Shown here: piece by piece, positions 59,940 through 64,000 of the stretch
Position numbering within the stretch: position 1 is the first letter of the stretch
Layout: every line of letters starts with the position of its first letter
Position numbers and translations under genes: made by a program
Source of the DNA: Amnibacterium sp.
GTDB lineage: Bacteria; Actinomycetota; Actinomycetes; Actinomycetales; Microbacteriaceae
Assembly: GCF_036559085.1 (NCBI RefSeq)
Contig: NZ_DATBTU010000075.1
Coordinates: forward strand, 68,705-132,704
Reading direction: 5' to 3'
Length of the DNA stretch: 64,000 nt
The notes under the pieces: model-generated
Told to the model about the DNA's origin: nothing
What the model saw: only the letters and a program-made list of their open reading frames with translations
Databases searched by the model: none

Positions 59940-60031
59940 GCGGGCAACGCTAGGAAGGTGGGCCGCGGGGCGGTAGCGGCGGCGACACATGCCGTAACGA
60001 AGGCCCAGCGCGCGTGCTCTTGAATGGCCCT

Positions 60032-60805
60032 ATGACGCGCAGAGCAGTGGTGACCGGGGCCAGCACGGGGATCGGGGCGGCCGCCGTCCGCCTTCTGCGC
60101 GAGCACGGCTGGGACGTCGTGGCCGTCGCGCGGCGCCAGGAGCGGCTCGCGGCGCTCGCCGCGGAGACCGGCTGCGACTTCGTCGTCGCGGACCTCACCG
60201 TCGCCGAGGACGTCGACCGCCTCGCCGCCGAGGTCGCCGCAGGGGGCCCGCTCACGACGCTCGTCAACAACGCCGGCGGCGCCCGCGGGCTCGCGACCGT
60301 GGAGGCCGGCAGCGTGGAGGACTGGCGGTGGATGTTCGAGGCGAACGTGATCGCCACGAAACGGGTGACGTCCGCCCTGCTGCCGCTGCTGCGGGACGGC
60401 GCCGAGGCGACCGGATCCGCCGACATCGTCACGGTCACCTCGATCGCCGGGCACATCGCCTACGAGGGCGGCAGCGGGTACAACGCGGCGAAGTTCGCCG
60501 AGCACGCCCTCGTCGCGGTGCTGCGCCTCGAGCTCGCCGGCGAGCCGATCCGCGTGATCGAGGTCGCGCCGGGACTCGTGAAGACGGAGGAGTTCTCCCT
60601 CAACCGCTTCGGCGGCGACCAGGCCAGGGCGGATGCCGTCTACGCGGACGTCCCCGAGCCGCTGACCGCCGAGGACATCGCCGAGAGCATCGTCGGCGCG
60701 GTGGAGCTGCCGGCGCACGTGAACCTCGACCTGATCACCATCAAGCCGGTCGCGCAGGCCGCCCCGTCGAAGCTCGTGAAGGGGAAGATCGCCGTCAAGC
60801 GCTGA
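60032..60805 (+). CDS. Short-chain dehydrogenase/reductase (YdfG-like)
   Basis: TGASTGIG, VNNAGG, YNAAK catalytic motif. Confidence 0.92.
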   Translation: MTRRAVVTGASTGIGAAAVRLLREHGWDVVAVARRQERLAALAAETGCDFVVADLTVAEDVDRLAAEVAAGGPLTTLVNNAGGARGLATVEAGSVEDWRWMFEANVIATKRVTSALLPLLRDGAEATGSADIVTVTSIAGHIAYEGGSGYNAAKFAEHALVAVLRLELAGEPIRVIEVAPGLVKTEEFSLNRFGGDQARADAVYADVPEPLTAEDIAESIVGAVELPAHVNLDLITIKPVAQAAPSKLVKGKIAVKR

Positions 60806-60879
60806 CGCCGGCGGCCCGGCACCGCACCTCGACGCAGATCGCAGGTGCGCGCCGGCGCCGGCAGGCGGAGGATTCCGGC

Positions 60880-63657
60880 GTGACCGGTGGGCGCAGCTCC
60901 GACACCCTCTCGCCGCGTGAGCGGGAGGTGCTCGGTGCTGTCGCCGAGCACCGTACGAACGCCGAGATCGCAGCCGAGCTGTTCATCTCGGTGCGGACGG
61001 TGGAGAGTCACGTCGCCGCGCTGCTGCGCAAGACGTCCGCCGGCGACCGGCGAGCGCTGATCGCCGCGGCACCAGGCCTGCTGCGAGCGGGATCCGGATC
61101 GGGGCGCTCCACGCGCTCCTCCGTCACGTCCTTCGTGGGCCGCGTGGCCGAGCGGGAGGCGCTCGGGGCGGCGCTGGACGAGCACCCGCTCGTCACCGCG
61201 CTCGGTCCCGGCGGGGTGGGGAAGACCCGCCTCGCGCAGGCGGTGATGGCCGAGCGGGGCGACCGGTACGCGGACGGCGCGTGGTACGTGGATCTCGTCC
61301 CGGTGACCGACCCGGAACGGGTCGCGCCCGCGATCGCCGCGGTGCTCGGCATCCCGGAGCGGCAGGACCGATCGCTCGCCGAGGGACTCGCGGCCTGGCT
61401 CGCCGGCCGCGATCTGCTGCTCGTGCTCGACAACTGCGAGCACCTGCTCGACGGCGTCGCCGCGCTCCTCGAGCACCTGCTGCTCGCGAGCGGCGGCCTC
61501 GTCGTGCTCGCGACGAGCCGCACGCGGCTCGCGGTCCCGTTCGAATCGGTCTTCCCGGTGCCCGGGCTGTCCTCGGACCGGGACGGCGCCCCCGGCGACG
61601 CCGTGCGGCTGTTCGAGGCGCGGGCGGCTGCGGCCGGCGTGGTGCTCGGCCCGGAGCTGCGGCCGCGCGTCGCCCACGTCTGCGACGCGCTCGACGGCAT
61701 GGCCCTCGCGATCGAGCTCGCCGCCGCGCGCCTGCCGGCGATGGGGCTCGACGGCCTGGAGGCGGGGCTCGCCGACCGGCTCCCGATGCTCACCGGAGGC
61801 CGCCGGGCCGACGACCGCCATCGCTCGCTGCGCGCCACGCTGGACTGGAGCTACGCCCTGCTGCCGGCCGCGGACAAGGCGGTGCTGCGCGGCGTCGCCG
61901 TGTTCGCGGCGCCCTTCTCCGCCTCCGCTGCCGCGAGCGTCCTCCAGGACGACCGGAGCACCGGGGCGGAGGTCGAGGTGCTGGCGGAGCTGGCCGACAG
62001 CAGTCTCGTGATCGCCGAGCTCGGCCCACGAGGAACCCGCTACCGGCTGCTCGAGACGATCCGCCAGTACGGCGCCGAGCGGCTCGCGGAGCATGGCGAG
62101 GACCTCGCCACCCGCTCCGCGCATCTCGCCTGGTGCGCCGGGGAGGCGGAGGAGCTCCGCTCGCGGACGGATGCGGGAGGCGAGCTCTGGCGGGAGGACT
62201 TCGACGCCGTCGCCGACGACCTCCGCGCGGCGCTGGCCTGGGCGCGAGGGCGCCCCGACTGCCGCGCCGTCGCGTACCGGCTCGCGGAACGGTTCGGGTC
62301 GGCCCTGTTCACCCGCGGCCGGCCCGCGGAGTCGCAGCGACGGCTGGAGGAGGCGGCGGCGCTCGCCGCAGATCCCGCCACCGCTGCGTCCTGCCTCCGA
62401 GCCGCGGCGGGTGCGGCGGAGGCGCGACAAGCCGGCAACGAGTCGTTCCGCCTGCGGCGCGACGCTGCGGCCGCGTTCGTCCGGGCCGGCGATCCCGCCG
62501 GGGGCGCCGAGGAGCTGACCAAGGCGGCGTTGCTGGTCATCCGCTTCAACATGCTGTCCCCGCCTCCGGGACCCGAGGAGGTCCGGTCGCTGCTCACGGA
62601 CGCCCGCCGCCTCGCCGGCGACGACCCGGTCGCACAGGGCCGTGTGCTCGCATCCGAGGCGTGCCTCGCGCCCCAGGACGACGCGACCAGCGCGGAGCTC
62701 GCGCGCCGGGCCATCGAGCTCACGCACCGCGCGGGCGACGCCGTCGGGGAGAGCGTGGCGCTCGACGCCCTCTGCGCGGTGCAGCTCACGCTGGGTGATC
62801 TCCAGGCCGGGGCGGCGAGCGCGTTCCGGCGCGTCGAGCTCCTCGACCCGCTGGTGATCACCCCGGAGCTCGGCTTCGAGCTCTTCGACGCGCTCGGCAT
62901 GTCGACCGGCTGCGCCGTCGGTGTGGGGGACCTCACGCTCGCCGCGCGCTTCGCGGGTCGGATCCTCGCCCTGCCCTACTACGCGGAGGAGCAGCACCTC
63001 GCGACCACACGCTTGCTGATCGTCGACGCGCTCGCCGGGAACCTCGAGCGGTGCGCCCTGATGGCCGAGCGCTTCCGCGAGGACTGGGACCGTGCGGGCC
63101 GTCCCCTGGCGTCGAACCTCAGCGCCCCGGCGCTGTCCGCCTCGGTGGCCTTCGCGCTGCTCGGGGACGACGCGGCCGCTGCCGAGTGGCGAGCGGTGAC
63201 GGATCTGCTGCTCACCGGCCCCGAGCGCGACGAGGAGTTCGACCTGAGCAGCCTGGAGGTCCTGGTGCTGCTCCACCGCTGCCGCTTCGACGAGGCGGTG
63301 CGGCGACTCACCCGCGATCCCCTGCGACCGGACGACTGGTACAACGCCGCCTGGCGCCCCTGGTACGCCGCGCTCTGGGCCGAGGCCGCCGTGCTCGCCG
63401 ACCTCCCGGATGCGGCCGAACGGGTGGCCCGCGCGCGCCGCGTCGGGGCGCCGAACCCGATCGCGGTCGCCCTGCTCGACCGGGCGGCGGCGCTGCTCGA
63501 TGGGGACGAAGCAGCGCTGCCGGCGATCGCCGAGCGCCTTCGCGCGGCAGGCTGCCCCTACCAGGCGGCGCGGACGGGCCTCCTCGCCGCACCCGGGGAC
63601 CTGCGGGAGCAGGGGGCGGCCGACATGGCCCGGCTCGGCGCCACCGTCCGGAAGTAG
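60880..63657 (+). CDS. LuxR-type HTH + STAND/NB-ARC-like ATPase + helical-repeat transcriptional regulator
   Basis: GGAGGA RBS; LSPREREVL...TNAEIAAELFISVRTVESHV; FVGR; GPGGVGKTRLA; LLVLDNCEH; LATSR; CDALDGMALAIELAAAR. Confidence 0.88.
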   Translation: MTGGRSSDTLSPREREVLGAVAEHRTNAEIAAELFISVRTVESHVAALLRKTSAGDRRALIAAAPGLLRAGSGSGRSTRSSVTSFVGRVAEREALGAALDEHPLVTALGPGGVGKTRLAQAVMAERGDRYADGAWYVDLVPVTDPERVAPAIAAVLGIPERQDRSLAEGLAAWLAGRDLLLVLDNCEHLLDGVAALLEHLLLASGGLVVLATSRTRLAVPFESVFPVPGLSSDRDGAPGDAVRLFEARAAAAGVVLGPELRPRVAHVCDALDGMALAIELAAARLPAMGLDGLEAGLADRLPMLTGGRRADDRHRSLRATLDWSYALLPAADKAVLRGVAVFAAPFSASAAASVLQDDRSTGAEVEVLAELADSSLVIAELGPRGTRYRLLETIRQYGAERLAEHGEDLATRSAHLAWCAGEAEELRSRTDAGGELWREDFDAVADDLRAALAWARGRPDCRAVAYRLAERFGSALFTRGRPAESQRRLEEAAALAADPATAASCLRAAAGAAEARQAGNESFRLRRDAAAAFVRAGDPAGGAEELTKAALLVIRFNMLSPPPGPEEVRSLLTDARRLAGDDPVAQGRVLASEACLAPQDDATSAELARRAIELTHRAGDAVGESVALDALCAVQLTLGDLQAGAASAFRRVELLDPLVITPELGFELFDALGMSTGCAVGVGDLTLAARFAGRILALPYYAEEQHLATTRLLIVDALAGNLERCALMAERFREDWDRAGRPLASNLSAPALSASVAFALLGDDAAAAEWRAVTDLLLTGPERDEEFDLSSLEVLVLLHRCRFDEAVRRLTRDPLRPDDWYNAAWRPWYAALWAEAAVLADLPDAAERVARARRVGAPNPIAVALLDRAAALLDGDEAALPAIAERLRAAGCPYQAARTGLLAAPGDLREQGAADMARLGATVRK

Positions 63658-63658
63658 G

Positions 63659-64000
63659 TCAGACCCGCCCGATCACGCCGCCGAGGATCAGGCGGGCGCC
63701 GGCCACGACCGCGAGCAGCACGGCGGCCGCCGTCGCGCCGACGAACGCCAGGCCGGCCACAGCGACGGCGAACAGCACCGCCTCCGTGAGCAGCCGGCCC
63801 CGTGGATCGAGGCGGCGGGCCGCCCGTGGTGCGAGGAAGGCGCCCCACACGACGACGACCACGACCGGCAGCAGCACGGCCGCCACGACGCGCACGGGCA
63901 GCGGGGCGGGGAGCGCGAGCCCGATGCCGACCGCGGCGACGAGCAGCGCCGCCTCGCAGGCGAGGGCGAGCACGGCGTTGAGGAGGATCGCGAAGCGCAC
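63659..64000 (-). CDS. YrdB/DUF2568-like membrane protein (start at the window edge)
   Basis: LALACE...VWGAFLAPRA...EAVLF pattern; four hydrophobic segments. Confidence 0.7.
   Translation of the reverse strand: MRFAILLNAVLALACEAALLVAAVGIGLALPAPLPVRVVAAVLLPVVVVVVWGAFLAPRAARRLDPRGRLLTEAVLFAVAVAGLAFVGATAAAVLLAVVAGARLILGGVIGRV

Noticed and set aside
59940-60031. SAM-IV riboswitch before metY
   Set aside because: Only a TCAAGAG-like heptamer is present on the minus strand; the region is too short and lacks the remaining core.

Overview
Very GC-rich actinobacterial chromosome segment. Gene order and content suggest Microbacteriaceae (inference). The backbone is core genome: ABC transporters, pncB, murI-rph-rdgB, tRNA-Leu(TAG), a Tad/Flp pilus locus, prfB-ftsE-ftsX-smpB-ssrA, mntH-ogt-ECF sigma-hisN-rsgA-aroA, sigH-rshA, kgd, guaB1, paired CNNM/CorC proteins and metY-metX. 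No integrase, transposase, prophage or CRISPR array was seen. The most notable signals are: (1) a three-gene flavinylation module (FMN-binding lipoprotein, ApbE without a signal peptide, and an RnfD/NqrB-like membrane domain fused to an NAD(P)H:flavin reductase), a candidate minimal extracytosolic electron-transfer system; (2) two unrelated sequence families of ~65-90 nt nested-palindrome repeats that share a fixed 6-13-6-(15/17)-6-13-6 geometry, one of which brackets a five-gene island splitting the tad operon; (3) a 26-bp inverted repeat placed symmetrically around the tmRNA; (4) a four-gene signalling unit of atypical regulator, kinase, pseudokinase and canonical regulator; (5) a two-promoter, two-start (long/short isoform) architecture for sigH. 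Product calls come from motifs read by eye; no database search was run.
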